Of a stretch of 54,237 nucleotides of DNA, positions 52,193-54,237 are shown one piece after another; positions within the stretch are counted from its first letter, which is position 1, and each line of letters starts with the position of its first letter. The DNA is from Bigelowiella natans CCMP2755 (Eukaryota > Protista > Cercozoa). The notes below the pieces were generated by a model. It ran no database searches. It was not told the DNA's origin and was given only the letters and a program-made list of their open reading frames with translations. The position numbers were made by a program, and so were the translations under genes. Location: the NCBI GenBank assembly GCA_000320545.1, contig ADNK01003260.1:1-54237 (forward strand), written 5' to 3'.

Positions 52193-53049
52193 ATGGGGTC
52201 GATGAGGCTCCGTGTGCGGCTCGCTCTTGGGGTTCTACTCGCTTCTGTGCTCATCTGGTTTGTTATTGAATGTACCTATATCCCAAGTAGTTCTTTATAT
52301 TAGCCGAGAGTAAGCTTCCTCCTCCTCCTCCTCCTCTTCTACTTCTCTCCTCCAATGATCTCCCTTTTTAAAGGAGCAGGAACCTGGTGGAATCACCACA
52401 TCAACAGCCGGAACAAGAACACGACCTAAATTCTTTGACTACTCAATCTCAAGAAACTGTCATTAGTGACCCGCAGGCTTCATCACCGTCATCGTCATCG
52501 TCATCATCATCATCATCAAGTCGAATCCTATATTGAACTTAATCGACAGCTGATGAACATCTAACTGTCTCCCCTCTTTCTGCATAAATATTTGTGTGTG
52601 TGTGTGTGTGTGTAAAGGTGATTTGTCCATCGGTAGTGCTGAGGATGAGATGACAGTGGAGGAGTTTCCGTACCTGAGTATTGAGCCACTTAATGAGGAC
52701 GGGGAAATCACCAGCAGCAGCAGCAACAGCAATTTTAATGAGAATGTAAGGGCAAAGAAAGAAAATACGATATCAAAGATGAGGGAGAAAAGCAAGGGCG
52801 ATGGTTTTGGCCAGGAGAGTCCCCTAGGCATCCAACAAAAGGTGTATTACTTAACTAATCCACTTGCAGAAAGCAGCGCCATAACAACTTGAACGTAACA
52901 TGATGATCCATCCCACAGGATATTGCACTGTGCATCGCTGGAGGACGAGGGCGTTACATGGAAAGGTTCAAATTGGCCAAATATATCAAATACCAGGTTT
53001 GGAAGAATAGTTCCGTGACTTGCCACATACACGCAATACACAACCACGT

Positions 53050-53094
<45 letters not shown>

Positions 53095-53972
53095 TAGTGT
53101 AGGCATCATGCTCGGTTTGTATCTTTTGGCACCAATCTTCCTAAGATAATCTATATTCTCCTCATCTTAGGTGCTGGATCGGTTGGATGCCGACGTGTTC
53201 ATACACACAGATGCCCCCCCCGAGAAGCTAAGGTATTATTTGTGAAGAAACAAATGTAGTTATTCAGTCGAAACTCAAATACAGGAACTTTGAAACTGAT
53301 TTTTTTGGTTCTGAAGGGCCTTAGTAAGATTGTTACGATATTCATCATTGATGTTAATTATTGTTGTTGGTATGATGGTTATCCCATGGATGGTACATCA
53401 GAAACACGTTGAGGTGGCTAAAGCCTGTTCGCGCAACAAATGAAAGAATCTACTTCCCAAAAGGTGATGATGAATTATCGATCCCCACAGAACACCGATT
53501 ACAATTGTCGCAACTACACCGAATGTTGGTTGTCTACAATGAAATGGATATGGTGCTATAGGCGAGCATTTTAAAGAATTTCATCGAAAAGCAGGAAGTA
53601 AGTGAATTACATTAGCTAGATTCTACACATCGAGGAAATCAGACCGCTACATCATTGGTGTTGTTGGCATTTAAGAGAATATGGCCGTCACGTGGTGAAT
53701 ACAGCAACAAGAATATCATCATCTTCATCATCATCGTCATATGATGACCTTGTAACTCTCTCTCTCTCGCTTCAGGATCTGTGGAATATGTCGAAAGCAA
53801 ATATCCATATTATAAGCTCAAAGGAGGAGGGGGAGGAGGGTGGGATAGAAAAGCAGCGACAGATAATGCAACGAGCAGCGAGGTAGGTATGTATGTTGAT
53901 GGTAGCTGGGTGGTGGCAGTTGATTGACAATGGATAATAATGATAATAAACACATTCATAAATGCTACTACT

Positions 53973-54005
<33 letters not shown>

Positions 54006-54025
54006 TAGACGCAACAATGTGTGTA

Positions 54026-54079
<54 letters not shown>

Positions 54080-54237
54080 GACTGTTATGTTTCTTCACTA
54101 CCGTCTACAAAATATATGGAACATAGATGATCCGTCAATATATCTGTTGTTCTCTCTCTCTCTCTCTCTCTCTCGCTCTCTCACTCCTCTTCCTCACTCG
54201 TTTGCTTGTGCGATAACTCAGGAGTGACTGCTAAATG
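52193..54237 (+). CDS. Type II membrane protein of unknown function, possibly glycosyltransferase-like; incomplete
   Basis: ATG at 52193 starts a signal anchor (MGSMRLRVRLALGVLLASVLIWFVIE), followed by an acidic/Ser stem and exons giving DIALCIAGGRGRYMERF..Q|VLDRLDADVFIHTD. Later exons are unresolved. Confidence 0.5.

Overview
This is intron-rich, microsatellite-rich eukaryotic nuclear DNA using the standard code and GT-AG introns. A protist or alga is likely, and a chlorarachniophyte-like source is only a guess. Manual splicing gives 12 protein-coding genes in strictly alternating orientation: condensin CAP-G (-, truncated), DSS1/SEM1 (+), an ankyrin/coiled-coil protein (-), INO80 (+), Crooked neck/CLF1 (-), RUVBL2 (+), a large SNF2 remodeller with PHD-C5HCH and UBA-like domains (-), a GBF1/GNOM-type ARF-GEF (+), MsrA (-), a secreted S9 peptidase (+), a RIOX/NO66-like JmjC hydroxylase (-) and a truncated type II membrane protein (+). 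The best hidden feature is the multi-exon MsrA gene, which the ORF track shows only as fragments. Its catalytic GCFWG cysteine is an in-frame TGA (G-U-F-W-G), so it is probably a selenoprotein, and there is an atypical SECIS candidate downstream. Other points of note are the head-to-head/tail-to-tail layout, CTAG/palindrome-rich spacers at every convergent junction, a concentration of chromatin genes, one INO80 junction with no canonical acceptor, and a frameshift in the JmjC gene. All exon models were derived by eye and no searches were run.
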